This document shows, piece after piece, positions 29,754 to 40,134 of a DNA stretch of 63,833 nucleotides; position 1 is the first letter of the stretch, and each line of letters begins with the position of its first letter. The stretch spans positions 1 to 63,833 of the forward strand of contig JAIOPS010000026.1 of assembly GCA_021413775.1 (NCBI GenBank), written 5' to 3'. Position numbers and translations under genes: made by a program. The stretch is from Candidatus Kaiserbacteria bacterium (lineage in GTDB: Bacteria; Patescibacteriota; Minisyncoccia; Phycocordibacterales; UBA2100). A model generated the notes under the pieces. That model did not search any database, was not told where the DNA came from, and was given only the letters and a program-made list of their open reading frames with translations.

Positions 29754-29999
29754 TTACTGCGGGAGAAGCGGCGGAGCGGAAGAGCCGCCTTTGAAGAAGA
29801 GAAAGTACAGGGCCAGAAGAAGTGCGAGCGCACCTACGGCCATGAGAATGTACTCCGCCTGCTTTCTGTCCTGCGCGAGCCCCCAGCTTACTAATTTACC
29901 GGTAATGTCCGAACCCATGCTCTGCACGGGTGGCCTGCCGAATTCATCGGCGCTGTCGTTAAATTGCATGTCACTCATAGGCATCAGTATAGCGCTCAT
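29754..29999 (-). CDS. small single-TM hypothetical protein
   Basis: Fills the gap in a co-oriented operon; C-terminal TM. Confidence 0.6.
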   Translation of the reverse strand: MSAILMPMSDMQFNDSADEFGRPPVQSMGSDITGKLVSWGLAQDRKQAEYILMAVGALALLLALYFLFFKGGSSAPPLLPQ

Positions 30000-30030
30000 T
30001 TGAGACCTCGGAAATGACCTGTGGATACGT

Positions 30031-30552
30031 TTATTTCTCGGCTGATGCGGGAAGTTCCCCGAGTTTCGCTATCCTGCGCAGGTGCCGGTCCTCGGCCGCC
30101 GGCTCCGCGCTCAGCCACTGTAATACCGCTTGCTTCGCCTCATCAATAGAGAGGAAGCGTGCGCCGAGTGAAAGCGCATTGGCACCGTTGTGCTGTCGCG
30201 ACGAAGACAGCATATCGAGCTCGTGACCGCTCATATCAGTCTGCTTTTTTGCCGGCTCGCCGTAGTACAGCGCGCAGCGCACTTTCGGAAAACGGTTCGC
30301 CGCCATGGCCTCTCCTTGTCCTGACGCTCCGATAACCACCGCACGACTCTCCACCCCCGCTGCAGCATCGTCCGAGAGGAGCTTCGACGCCCGTCCGACG
30401 AAGTCGGTGTAATCATCCGCTTTATCGAGTTCGAACGCGCCGCAGTCCACTGCCTCGTGCATAACGCCGCGTATCGTCGTCCCTTGTACGAATTGCATCA
30501 GTACGGACTTCAAATCGAATCCGGCGTGGTCTGCTGCAAAATATATCTTCAT
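30031..30552 (-). CDS. rpiB: ribose-5-phosphate isomerase B
   Basis: ADHAG, DDY, GASGQGEAMAANR, HNGANALSLGAR, RHLRRI. Confidence 0.9.
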   Translation of the reverse strand: MKIYFAADHAGFDLKSVLMQFVQGTTIRGVMHEAVDCGAFELDKADDYTDFVGRASKLLSDDAAAGVESRAVVIGASGQGEAMAANRFPKVRCALYYGEPAKKQTDMSGHELDMLSSSRQHNGANALSLGARFLSIDEAKQAVLQWLSAEPAAEDRHLRRIAKLGELPASAEK

Positions 30553-30559
30553 GATGGTA

Positions 30560-31564
30560 CTAGAGTTTGGCCGCGACCCGGAGGACATGCTCCACGAGCG
30601 TATGTGTGTACCCCATTTCGTTGTCATACCACGCGAGCACTTTTACCAAGGAGCCGTCCACCACGCGGGTCATTCCCAAGTCTGCAATCGAGCCGTACGG
30701 GAGCCCCAGAATATCCGACGAAACGAGCGGCTCATCGGTCACCGCGAAAACGCTCTTCCAACGGTCGGTCGCCGCCGCCTTACGGAGCGCCTCATTCACC
30801 TCTTCGACTGAAGTCGGACGTTTTGAAACAAAGGTCACGTCGACGAGAGAGCCTGCGGGAACGGGAACGCGTACAGAAATGCCGTCAAACTTGCCTGCGA
30901 GCTGCGGATATGCGAGTGCTGTCGCCTTTGCGGCGCCTGTCGAAGTCGGAACCATATTTTGTGCTGCTGCGCGGCTCTCTCTCACGTCTTTCGCTTTTCC
31001 GCCGTCCACAAGACTCTGGCTCGCCGTGTATGCGTGCGTGGTATTCAATACTGCACGCTCGATACCGATTGCCTCATCCAAAATACCGATAAGCGGTGAG
31101 GCGGCGTTGGTTGTACACGACGCGTTCGATGTAATGTCGCACGTGCCAAACTTTTCCTCATTGGCACCGATAAGTATTGTCTCCAAACCGTCGCCTTTTC
31201 CGGGTGCTGAAATAACGACTCTCTTTGCTCCCGCGGTGATGTGTGCCTTTGCCTTGTCGGCATCAGTGAAAAACCCGGTCGATTCGATAACGATGTCGAT
31301 GTTCATATCGCGCCAGGGCAGAGCGCTCGGCTCTTTTTCCGCGAGCACGGCAATCTGCTTCCCGCCGACGATGAGGGCTTTCTCGGCAGAAGTGACGGAA
31401 AATGATGCCCGTCCGTATACCGTGTCGTATTTCAAGAGGTACGCGAGATTTTCAGGCGCCGCGAGGTCATTAATCGCGACGACTTCAATGTCCGCTCGTC
31501 CCTCGACCGCTCTCATAAAGCCTCTTCCGATTCTTCCGAACCCGTTTATTGCGACACGTGTCAT
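30560..31564 (-). CDS. gap: glyceraldehyde-3-phosphate dehydrogenase
   Basis: INGFGRIGR, SNASCTTN, PTSTGAA, WYDNE. Confidence 0.97.
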   Translation of the reverse strand: MTRVAINGFGRIGRGFMRAVEGRADIEVVAINDLAAPENLAYLLKYDTVYGRASFSVTSAEKALIVGGKQIAVLAEKEPSALPWRDMNIDIVIESTGFFTDADKAKAHITAGAKRVVISAPGKGDGLETILIGANEEKFGTCDITSNASCTTNAASPLIGILDEAIGIERAVLNTTHAYTASQSLVDGGKAKDVRESRAAAQNMVPTSTGAAKATALAYPQLAGKFDGISVRVPVPAGSLVDVTFVSKRPTSVEEVNEALRKAAATDRWKSVFAVTDEPLVSSDILGLPYGSIADLGMTRVVDGSLVKVLAWYDNEMGYTHTLVEHVLRVAAKL

Positions 31565-31654
31565 ATCAGCATCTCAAATGATTATTCAGTAAGTGCTCTG
31601 ATTGTAGCACCGCAGTGCTTCCCCGCTGTCCCCATGCGGCATTCCGGGACCTCA

Positions 31655-32821
31655 CTACTGAGCCGCAGTTGTTGTCGCCGTAGTCGCGGAAGTTGTACTG
31701 GCGGACGTGTCAGTCGACGTAGTAGCCGTACCGGGAAGAGGTGTGCTCGAGTCGGGGGTAGACGTCGCGGACTCCGTATTGCCGGCCGACGTCGAGGATG
31801 CAGTTTCTTGAGTTGACGTGGCCGCACCGCCTGAATCTGCGGGCGTTGTTGTAACAGTTCCGCCAGTATCCGGAGTCGTCTGCGTGCCGGTGCCCGAACT
31901 CCCCGTGGTAGGAGTAGAGCCGTTTACAACTTGAGATGCGGGTACGGGCGGACCGGTCACCGGGTCGTACACGATGACGGTGCGCTCTGCGGAAACCGAA
32001 TTATTGTTCGGGTCCAGCGCGACATATTTGACTATCCAGGTACTCGTCGCGGTGGTATCAATCTGTACCTGCGTAGTTTTCGCTCCATTCAGGTACGTTT
32101 CGATTCTGATGACGTCGTTCTGCTGGTCGGTCGCAATCGCGCCCAAATCCGAGTAGCTGCTGTGAAGCGGTATCTGTGCGGGATTATTTCCGAGAATCTG
32201 TATCGCCAGCGAGGCGTTACCCGAAGTCTGCTGAGCCGGTGTTTGACCATCCGGGGTTTGCGGATTCTGCGCTACTGCGAGCGAAGGGTCCGGTTCGGTA
32301 ACAACCGGCACATAGCCCGGGAGTGTTTCCGTGGAAGCGTTCAGCATCTTCCCTACCAAACCTCCGTAGACCGTCGCCACCGCTTTTTGTGTGACATTTT
32401 TCCTTTCGATGTCCTGCGTCTCGCGCAGACGAACGAGTTCCGAGTCAACATTCTCCTTAAGCTGTTGCGTCACATAGACACCGAGGTCACGGTACTGTCC
32501 GAGCATCGCCTTTGATACCGTCAGTGTCCGGTCTTTGGTCACGTCCTGCCATACACTGTCGGAGAGATCGATGGTGGAGAATTTATATGCGACGTAGTAA
32601 TTATCCGTATCTTCGGTGACCGATGTTATTTGGATTTGCGGCGAATATGTCGAAAGATCCTTATTGGCTATGTACGTATTATCAATGGAGAGTACCTGTT
32701 GATCGGAAGAATAGATGGCGCCGGGGTCCGTGGCGGCGAATGCCCCTCCCGCACCGAGCAACATCAGCGAGACCGCAATCGGTACGGCGTTGTTGTAGGT
32801 GAGAAATTTTACGACTGACAT
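31655..32821 (-). CDS. secreted protein with Ig-like (DUF5011-type) domain and Ser/Thr-rich tail
   Basis: Signal peptide; ILGNNP...YSDLGAIATD...Y.A.D...RTVIV. Confidence 0.7.
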   Translation of the reverse strand: MSVVKFLTYNNAVPIAVSLMLLGAGGAFAATDPGAIYSSDQQVLSIDNTYIANKDLSTYSPQIQITSVTEDTDNYYVAYKFSTIDLSDSVWQDVTKDRTLTVSKAMLGQYRDLGVYVTQQLKENVDSELVRLRETQDIERKNVTQKAVATVYGGLVGKMLNASTETLPGYVPVVTEPDPSLAVAQNPQTPDGQTPAQQTSGNASLAIQILGNNPAQIPLHSSYSDLGAIATDQQNDVIRIETYLNGAKTTQVQIDTTATSTWIVKYVALDPNNNSVSAERTVIVYDPVTGPPVPASQVVNGSTPTTGSSGTGTQTTPDTGGTVTTTPADSGGAATSTQETASSTSAGNTESATSTPDSSTPLPGTATTSTDTSASTTSATTATTTAAQ

Positions 32822-32838
32822 ACGGATACATCTCCATT

Positions 32839-34749
32839 CTACACCCCGCCTGCAGTGCTCTCTTGCGTCTCCGGGGTCGGAGGAGTCTGTTGGGACGTTA
32901 TCGAATTCAGCAGATTCTTGGCATCCGTATAATCCGGATTCAAGATGAGCGCTCTGCGCAGAGCGTCCCGTGCCTTAACGGCATCCCCCTTCTGAACAGC
33001 CATCTGCGCTTCCAGGAACGGACCCTCGGCTCGCATGGGCGCAAGCTGCTGCACCTGAGAGATTGCAACGTTCGCACTTTCCTCCGCATTCGGATACCCG
33101 GTCGATAGAATGGTTACATAAAGCGAGGCGCTGTAGAGCCAGGTCCTGTAGTCGCTTCGCGCGACCTGGGTGGCCAGACTGGCAAAATCAGCGGCCTCTC
33201 TCAAGGACTTTTTCACTGCCTCGACATCCACCGGCGATTGACGAGCTTGCGCATTTGCCTGTTGGAAAAGTGCGCGCGAGGCGTCTATATCGTAGGTACC
33301 AGAATTCCATACTCTCGCTGCGAACATGAGCACAGTGGTGCGCGACTCGCTGCTCTCAGTGCTTATCGCATTGCCGCGCGCATGAAGCTCCGCTGCCAGA
33401 AATTGCCGAAACGATGTCTGAATCAAAAAAAGTCCGCCAGCAACGAAGAGCACCGCAAGAGGTACCGTAACCCTCAAATCTCCATGCAGCCGGAGTACCG
33501 GCCGTTCGCGGACAAGGAGGCTCGCCACGACACCGGTCGCCGCTCCGGCGACAAGAAAGAGCGGCAGAGCTATCGGATATACAAACATTGCGCCGAATGA
33601 AAAAAGCGCGAGGGCGAGGGCGGCAGGAAGCTCTTGTCCGGCAGACTGCGATATTGAAGAATCTCTCACAAGGAAAGACGTGACGGATGCCACAAGCAGC
33701 AACGGAATGAGAATAAATGACAACAACCCGATTAATCCGAGAGTTACGGCAATCGTGGCTACTGTTGAATACGCGGAGTCAGGCACGAGACCGGCCGAAG
33801 GAGAACTGTTTGTTTCCATGAGACGGTAGCGCTCCCACGTCGCGGTGAACGAACCGGGACCCGTTCCGATTAACGCGCCCGGCAGATTCTGAATGTACAG
33901 AGCTCCCCCGACGAGTACCGTCGAAACGAATGACGGATATCCGTTTACGGGAGCAACTTTTAACACAGGGCTGCGAACACCAACGAGCATGCAGATGAGC
34001 ACGCAGACGCTGGCCGCAAGAATCGCAAAAGGGATCCTCGTGCCGGCGTGCGCTATTGCGCCGACAGCTACAAAAAGCCCTGAGGCCGCAAGAATTATAA
34101 GGAGCACGGTGGCCGCAGTAATTTCAAAAAAAAGCACGAAGAGCACGAGCAAAACAACGCTCACGCCCGCGTACATGAGACGTGGCCGCAAACGCTGTGC
34201 GCTATCAGTACATATTGTCGACACGAGGAGTGCCGCCGCAATAATGTATGTAAGGTCCGGCCAGGCTCCGGATAACGTGGCAACACCAACGGCGTCGGGT
34301 CGCATAAGAATCAACACGGCAGAAAGCGCCGAGGCAATCCCCGCGGATACAACAAGTGCGTAAAAGAAGGGGTAAACGAAACTTCTCGGAATAAGTGCGC
34401 CGGTGAAACTGGCAACTAGGAAAAGGAAGAACGACCCGAGACTGCCAGCTTCAAATCCCAACCCGGAAAACGACACGGGCAGCGAACTGTTTACAATGAG
34501 CGACAGGCACGCAACGATAAAAAGCGGTACGGCCGCGTATGCAAGTAACGACCGCGGGACTTCGATGGAACTGCGATATCGAACCAAAGAGAAGGCAGCG
34601 GCGCATACGGAAACGCCCAATATAAAGGCGGTGAGTATTCCTTTTTGAAGGTAGGGAGGCGTCCACGCAAACGGCAGCACAAGCAGTGGAAGAAGTGCGA
34701 CGGTAAAAAGATATGGTACCGTAATCACTGCAATAGTTGAGCGCCACAT
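32839..34749 (-). CDS. polytopic membrane protein, O-antigen-ligase-like, with C-terminal TPR
   Basis: About 12 TM segments, LIGTGPGSF, LGLIGL, C-terminal ALILNPDY TPR. Confidence 0.65.
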   Translation of the reverse strand: MWRSTIAVITVPYLFTVALLPLLVLPFAWTPPYLQKGILTAFILGVSVCAAAFSLVRYRSSIEVPRSLLAYAAVPLFIVACLSLIVNSSLPVSFSGLGFEAGSLGSFFLFLVASFTGALIPRSFVYPFFYALVVSAGIASALSAVLILMRPDAVGVATLSGAWPDLTYIIAAALLVSTICTDSAQRLRPRLMYAGVSVVLLVLFVLFFEITAATVLLIILAASGLFVAVGAIAHAGTRIPFAILAASVCVLICMLVGVRSPVLKVAPVNGYPSFVSTVLVGGALYIQNLPGALIGTGPGSFTATWERYRLMETNSSPSAGLVPDSAYSTVATIAVTLGLIGLLSFILIPLLLVASVTSFLVRDSSISQSAGQELPAALALALFSFGAMFVYPIALPLFLVAGAATGVVASLLVRERPVLRLHGDLRVTVPLAVLFVAGGLFLIQTSFRQFLAAELHARGNAISTESSESRTTVLMFAARVWNSGTYDIDASRALFQQANAQARQSPVDVEAVKKSLREAADFASLATQVARSDYRTWLYSASLYVTILSTGYPNAEESANVAISQVQQLAPMRAEGPFLEAQMAVQKGDAVKARDALRRALILNPDYTDAKNLLNSITSQQTPPTPETQESTAGGV

Positions 34750-34850
34750 ACGAGTCTCTCAAGTTTACCATGTGCACCGGTGCAGAAAATAGCGCGGATA
34801 GCTGAGCAGGCATCAGCGAACCAGCCTCGGAACGCGATATACTGCAACAT

Positions 34851-35255
34851 ATGACAAAAATCATGCTCAGCGGAGTTGTCGTACTCGGTATTTTTTCCGG
34901 CATCCTTATGACGTACGTCGCCCTCGAACCGACCGACTCCGCACTGACACTCGAAACACCGCCGCCCTACCCCGAGAGCATCCAGGTGGCGGGTATTCTC
35001 ACATCGCGCGATACTGAGACTAAAAAAATCACGATTCTTATGGTGAGCCCGTATTTACGCTCCGAGAGAGTTCCTGTCCAAATCACCTACAACGACCAAA
35101 CTACGCTGCGCATAGCGCCGAGCGAAAGCCCACTAGAATCGCTGGCCTCAGTCGATGAGCATCGACTTGGGCCCGGCACGCGCGTTCTCGTCTTCGTGGC
35201 TCGGGAGCCCGGCCCGCTGCGTGCCGACATGTTGGTTGTGCCCGAAAATCTATGA
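34851..35255 (+). CDS. hypothetical exported small beta-barrel protein
   Basis: N-terminal hydrophobic segment; similar to the next gene. Confidence 0.6.
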   Translation: MTKIMLSGVVVLGIFSGILMTYVALEPTDSALTLETPPPYPESIQVAGILTSRDTETKKITILMVSPYLRSERVPVQITYNDQTTLRIAPSESPLESLASVDEHRLGPGTRVLVFVAREPGPLRADMLVVPENL

Positions 35256-35701
35256 CCAGGCGCACCCTTTACCGTATAGCGTTCGTATTTCTTGCCTCTG
35301 CATTGCTGGGAACCTATGTCTTCTTATTCCTCGTTGCTCCTTTCCTTTTGGCAAAAGGTGGGAAAGTACTTTCGGAAATACGGAAAACTGTCACGACCAG
35401 CGCAAGAATGGTATATGGAACAGTAACCGCAGTTGACAGTGTGAATCAATCCATCGACATCGATATCCAGAGCCCGTTCGGGAACGGAGTGGTACACCTC
35501 CACTTGAACATCCTGCAGCCCTCTTTTATCGCGCGTCAGGACCTGGTCGCGGGACCCGAGGGAATATTTAACTCCCTCACCGAACCAAAACTCGCGCCGC
35601 TCTCTGACATGCACCCGGGAGATAGAGCAGCCTTACTGATCAGTCGCGATGCCAACCTTCGCGTCGGGACGTACTACATAATTTTCGGCAATCCCCTCTA
35701 A
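35252..35701 (+). CDS. hypothetical exported small beta-barrel protein, paralog of previous gene
   Basis: ATGA overlap; shared V.G......I.I...SP(Y/F) and PG.R pattern. Confidence 0.6.
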   Translation: MTRRTLYRIAFVFLASALLGTYVFLFLVAPFLLAKGGKVLSEIRKTVTTSARMVYGTVTAVDSVNQSIDIDIQSPFGNGVVHLHLNILQPSFIARQDLVAGPEGIFNSLTEPKLAPLSDMHPGDRAALLISRDANLRVGTYYIIFGNPL

Positions 35702-35879
35702 AAGCACGTCTGTCGCATAAAAAGCGAGAGGTGCCCAGCGAAATTCCGCTGACACCGGCATCCTGAGGACTGTCGCGCAAATATGATATGCTGGAGTCTG
35801 CTAGAACGTTACGTGCCGGTCGTGCATTCGCGCGACACCAACATACAGATACGCAATCAAGCCGAAAAGGATCTCTTCG

Positions 35880-36857
35880 ATGCGTCATACAATCGCTATT
35901 CTCTCGATCATCGCAACAATGGCCGGTTTCCCGGTTCCGGCAGGAGCCCAGTGGCCCGAGCGGGCGATTAAAGTCGTGGTCCCCTTTCCGGCAGCGATTG
36001 CCTACGACAAAATCATCACGGATGCTCTCGCCGAAAAGCTCGGAGTACCGGTGTACCTCGAAATTGTCCCGGGCGCCGGCGGGACGATAGCGCTCCAGCG
36101 GATGATGGAGTCGCCCGCTGACGGATACACGCTCGGGCACGGGGCAGGTCCGAATATGATTCTGTCTTTGTGGAAACATCCTCCCTACGACCCGCTCAAC
36201 ATGACCGTCATCGGTCCCACCACCGCATTCCCTCCGCCCGTTCTGTTCGTCCGGAAGTCCTATAAAGGTTCTCTCAAGGACTTCGTGGAGGAGGCGCGCA
36301 AAACAGGATCGGAGATATCGTGGGGTTCCGGTAACCGCAATACGGCATCCATGGCCGGCTTGCAGTTCCTTTCGCTCGCGGGAATAAAAGGGGCGACACT
36401 CGTCCCCTCATCTCCGGCGAGCGGGGCAAATCAGTCACTCATCGAGGTTCTGGCCGGACGCTATGCATTCGGCGTTGAAGCCGGTTCGTTCGTGCTTCCC
36501 CAGACTGCGGAAGGGGGCGGTTTGCGGGTACTCACGGTTCTCAGCAATCGGCGCCACTGGATGTTTCCCGATGTCCCGACGCCGCAAGAAGCCGGACTGC
36601 AAGGCAACTTCGAACTGTACGTCATGAACTGTTTCTTGTCACCGAAGGGCACGCCGCCCGAAATCGTACTCCGGCTCCGGCAGGCACTCTACGAAGTGAT
36701 GAGCAATGCTGATGTCGAGAAAAGGTTGCGCGTAATCTACAATGAACCGATTGTGGTTCCTCCGGAACAGATGGAGACCCGCGTTCGGCAATGGCTTACG
36801 ACCGAAACCAATAATTGGAATCGGATTATCGAGAAAAACGGGCTCCCGCTGCAGTGA
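35880..36857 (+). CDS. Bug/TctC-family solute-binding protein
   Basis: Signal peptide, WPERAIKVVVPFPA, PGAGG, PADGYTL, PDVPT..EAG, PKGTP. Confidence 0.88.
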   Translation: MRHTIAILSIIATMAGFPVPAGAQWPERAIKVVVPFPAAIAYDKIITDALAEKLGVPVYLEIVPGAGGTIALQRMMESPADGYTLGHGAGPNMILSLWKHPPYDPLNMTVIGPTTAFPPPVLFVRKSYKGSLKDFVEEARKTGSEISWGSGNRNTASMAGLQFLSLAGIKGATLVPSSPASGANQSLIEVLAGRYAFGVEAGSFVLPQTAEGGGLRVLTVLSNRRHWMFPDVPTPQEAGLQGNFELYVMNCFLSPKGTPPEIVLRLRQALYEVMSNADVEKRLRVIYNEPIVVPPEQMETRVRQWLTTETNNWNRIIEKNGLPLQ

Positions 36858-36875
36858 GCGGCGGAGCATCCTCTG

Positions 36876-36907
36876 AGCCCGGCGGCATACCCGCCGGGCT
36901 TTTTTTT
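36876..36907 (+). terminator. intrinsic terminator
   Basis: AGCCCGGCGG...CCGCCGGGCT plus T-tract. Confidence 0.8.
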
Positions 36908-36946
36908 AATCGTTGTGCAGCTCTTATGCTTTGTTATTCTTTCGTG

Positions 36947-37648
36947 ATGAACGGACATTCCGTATTTCCGCTGTCGTGGGGGCCCAGACCGCCTGTCGCG
37001 GACGAGTCGTACGACTGGGTTACAAACTCGTTCGGACCAAGCGACCCGCGTGCGCTCGACATTGTCCCGGTGAAATGTGACGAACCGTGGGAAACTCTGG
37101 AGACGTTCACACGGAAATGTGCACCGCATCTCGTACTGGGACTTTTTCCCGCCTTCTTGCAGATAGATACCCGCTTTCACCGCGCTATACACTCATTGGG
37201 CCTTCCCGTATGCACGATGGTTGAAGAGCAGGCGAAGATTGCGGCCGCAGTCGTCGGGCATCTGGATATAGGCGGCGTCGTACTCTTACAATCTGCGTGT
37301 ACAGTATTCGAAAGAGAGCTTGCGAAGTTTAAGCCGGCTATGACTGTCCGGTATCTGGCGATTCTCGCACCGGAAGAGCGGCCCGGGATTGCGCACGGTG
37401 AAATAGATATTCTTTTTGAACTCCATCTCGTACCGGGAATTGTCGGCCTCTTCCAATGCGAACAGGCGCGCGACAGCGCAAGGATTTTCCACCCCAATGA
37501 TCGATTCGTGTGGGAGTTTGCCGATTCGAAAGCATGGGTGAGCGACAACGACGGCCGCCGCTTCTCTCATGCGGAAATTCCTCAGCCGGTTTTTCCGCAT
37601 GAGACCCAATGCGCATGCGGGAGAAGCACATCACTCCGGCTCAATTGA
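36947..37648 (+). CDS. short divergent PaaK-like (phenylacetate-CoA ligase family) protein
   Basis: LFQCE...FHP and CACGR motifs; no TSGT P-loop. Confidence 0.5.
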   Translation: MNGHSVFPLSWGPRPPVADESYDWVTNSFGPSDPRALDIVPVKCDEPWETLETFTRKCAPHLVLGLFPAFLQIDTRFHRAIHSLGLPVCTMVEEQAKIAAAVVGHLDIGGVVLLQSACTVFERELAKFKPAMTVRYLAILAPEERPGIAHGEIDILFELHLVPGIVGLFQCEQARDSARIFHPNDRFVWEFADSKAWVSDNDGRRFSHAEIPQPVFPHETQCACGRSTSLRLN

Positions 37649-37650
37649 CT

Positions 37651-38895
37651 ATGTCGACTCTCATCCAATTGCGCAGAAAAATTCATGAGGTACTGCATTC
37701 CCCGTATTCAGACTTCTATCGAAACCTCTACCGGGGAAAAGTGTCTCTCAACGACGGGTTCCCCGGCTCATGGGAAGAGTGGACATCACTTCCGCTGCTT
37801 ACGAAAGCTGATCTGCAACACGTGCCGTATCAGCAACGACTCTATGTCCCCAAGGAAAAAATCTATCGCATACATCAGACATCCGGGACCACCGGCGCGG
37901 GCATAACGGTACTTCCCCGGACCCGCACTCCTTACCACAAACAAGCTCTTGCGCATTTCAACGCCGCGTCCTATATCGGGTTTATGTATCCGCACAGCGG
38001 GTACGAAATGTTCACGCCCCCGGGTTCGCAATTTATCGGCGGCGACCCGGCGAGACTCCAGGCTTCCGCTGTACTTGCATCCAGAATCGCCGCAGAGGGT
38101 ATAGCCGTGGCATCGGCGTCGCTCGCCATCGAATTTGCGTCCGAGTTGCAAAAAAGCCTCGACCTTTTATCAATAAAACATATTCTTCTCCAGGGCGATA
38201 TTTGTACACGTCTGCAGCGCAAGGCCCTCTCCCGGCTCTACCCGAACGCCAAGATAACGATGATATATCTGTGCGCCGAAATGCAGGGTGTGGCCGTATT
38301 CCCCGCTCTCCCCGCTATTCCCGATGAACCGAACGGACTGGAGCCTTCAAGCGATATCTATGCAGAACTCGCGGATGAACGCGGTGGAATCATTTCCGAA
38401 CCGAACACCGAAGGAAATCTGATTGTGTCCGTTCTTCAGGACGGTATGGCACTTCCGCTACTGCGCTACACTCCAGGAGATCGGGCGACATTTCTCGTCC
38501 ACGACGAGACACGAACGGTCTTTAAAGTCGTCGGAAGAAACGTCAATGACCGCCTCCGCCTTTCTGTAGGACAAATTGTGCTCCGGGAACTCGAGCGGGC
38601 AGTTGAAATGAGCGTGCCTGACTCCGTAACGGATTTCCAGGCGACCCTGGAAGAAAGCGGAATTCCTCCCTTGCCATTTCTTTCACTTACGCTGTACGGT
38701 AGCGCCAGTTCGGCCCAAAATTCCGAAGCAATTGCCCGTCTGATACAGGAAAATCTACGCATTACACCGGAGAGGACATACGCAGACGGCATGGCGAGAG
38801 GAATATGTGCACCGATTGTCTGCACGGTTTCTGCGCCGGAGATGCACGGCGTGCCGCAAAAAAGACAGCGGCTCGTTGACGGACGAGCGCGCTGA
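37651..38895 (+). CDS. PaaK/CapK-like adenylate-forming enzyme
   Basis: FYRNLY, LPLLTKADL, TSGTTG, Y..AE, LPLLRY..GD, VVGR..D. Confidence 0.8.
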   Translation: MSTLIQLRRKIHEVLHSPYSDFYRNLYRGKVSLNDGFPGSWEEWTSLPLLTKADLQHVPYQQRLYVPKEKIYRIHQTSGTTGAGITVLPRTRTPYHKQALAHFNAASYIGFMYPHSGYEMFTPPGSQFIGGDPARLQASAVLASRIAAEGIAVASASLAIEFASELQKSLDLLSIKHILLQGDICTRLQRKALSRLYPNAKITMIYLCAEMQGVAVFPALPAIPDEPNGLEPSSDIYAELADERGGIISEPNTEGNLIVSVLQDGMALPLLRYTPGDRATFLVHDETRTVFKVVGRNVNDRLRLSVGQIVLRELERAVEMSVPDSVTDFQATLEESGIPPLPFLSLTLYGSASSAQNSEAIARLIQENLRITPERTYADGMARGICAPIVCTVSAPEMHGVPQKRQRLVDGRAR

Positions 38896-38925
38896 GTGCA
38901 CCACCGGTTTTACTCTTCGCTCTAC

Positions 38926-40035
38926 CTACATCGCAGCCTTGAGGCCGCTTTGAATTTCTTCAACAAGACCGTCGAATTGCGGGTCGAGTTCCTTGCGAAG
39001 CGGGGCCAACGCCTCTTTGAAGACATTTCTCTGTTCCGGCGTCAGCCGGATAATCGTGGTGCCGTTCTTTTCGAGGAGTGCGCGCATCGAATCTTCGTAT
39101 GCGATATTATCCTGCTTCTCCGCAACTGCGGCATCATGCACAGCGTCCTTAAGAGCAGTCTGGTCTTTCGGTGACAGAGAGTCGTAGAAGCCCGTACTCA
39201 CAAGGACAATGGTGAGCGACATACTATGATTGGTCTCCGTTACATATTTAATGAATGTCGGATTCGCCTCGAGGAGCGGTGCCAGACGACTATAGGTAGT
39301 CTCCACTGCGTCAGCAGTCTTCAACTTCACGAGATCAGGAGTGAACTCCAGTTTCGGGTCTTGCACCGGGTTAGCTCCCAGCGCGCGTGTCGTGCCCTGA
39401 ATCACCGGTCCGCCTGCCCCGCTCAAAATTTCCATGCCCTTCATATCCTCCGGCGTCAGTATCTTTTTGTCTTTGGATACGAAAATCCTGAATCCGCCGC
39501 TCATAGTAAAGGCGAGCGGTTTGTATTTGGGAATTTTAAGCGCCAGGTCATTCAGCAATTTTTCTCCGCCGGGTCCATCGAGGAACTTGAGAGCAGAATC
39601 ATAATCATCAAATAAGAAGGGCAGATCGAGCACGCGTACACTGAAAGAATACGTCCCACCGAGGTGTCCGACGTATTCTGAAATCATCCGCGGATGCCCC
39701 GGTGTCTCGCTGTCAATGTATGCAGTAAAATCATGCCCTGTAGTGTACGACGGCGGCAACACATCATCAGGCAGCACAGTTCGTTCAAGTGACACGTCTC
39801 CGCCGCTTTTTACTGAAATTTCTTTCGAGAACACGTCAGCCGCCCGTGCAAACAAAACGGTTGGCGGATGAGGCAAAAGCCAGGTAATGGCCGCCTTTGC
39901 AGCGGGCTCCTTCTGTGCGCTCGACGCAAAAGTGTTCCAACCGAACAGAAGGAGCAGGGCGCATACAACGAGAATCCCCAGATAAACGAGCAAGCGCTTT
40001 GCACTAAACTGACCAGTGTTTCCTTGCTCGGACAT
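38926..40035 (-). CDS. TRAP transporter substrate-binding protein (DctP family), membrane-anchored
   Basis: LDLPFLF, GGFR, PEDMKG, ALGANP, YVTETNH, FYDSLS. Confidence 0.85.
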   Translation of the reverse strand: MSEQGNTGQFSAKRLLVYLGILVVCALLLLFGWNTFASSAQKEPAAKAAITWLLPHPPTVLFARAADVFSKEISVKSGGDVSLERTVLPDDVLPPSYTTGHDFTAYIDSETPGHPRMISEYVGHLGGTYSFSVRVLDLPFLFDDYDSALKFLDGPGGEKLLNDLALKIPKYKPLAFTMSGGFRIFVSKDKKILTPEDMKGMEILSGAGGPVIQGTTRALGANPVQDPKLEFTPDLVKLKTADAVETTYSRLAPLLEANPTFIKYVTETNHSMSLTIVLVSTGFYDSLSPKDQTALKDAVHDAAVAEKQDNIAYEDSMRALLEKNGTTIIRLTPEQRNVFKEALAPLRKELDPQFDGLVEEIQSGLKAAM

Positions 40036-40134
40036 GTCCTTACATAATAGTACGCACGACTGCAATTGCATAGCTGCTCTGTGGATTAAGCCTTGTTCAC
40101 ATGCTGTGCTGCACGGAAATTTCAATAGGTTGCC

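Noticed and set aside
30567..31592. Long antisense ORFs opposite gap (likewise opposite thrS, pheT, pheS, gyrB)
   Set aside because: Shadow frames expected from GC-rich codon bias; no recognisable motifs
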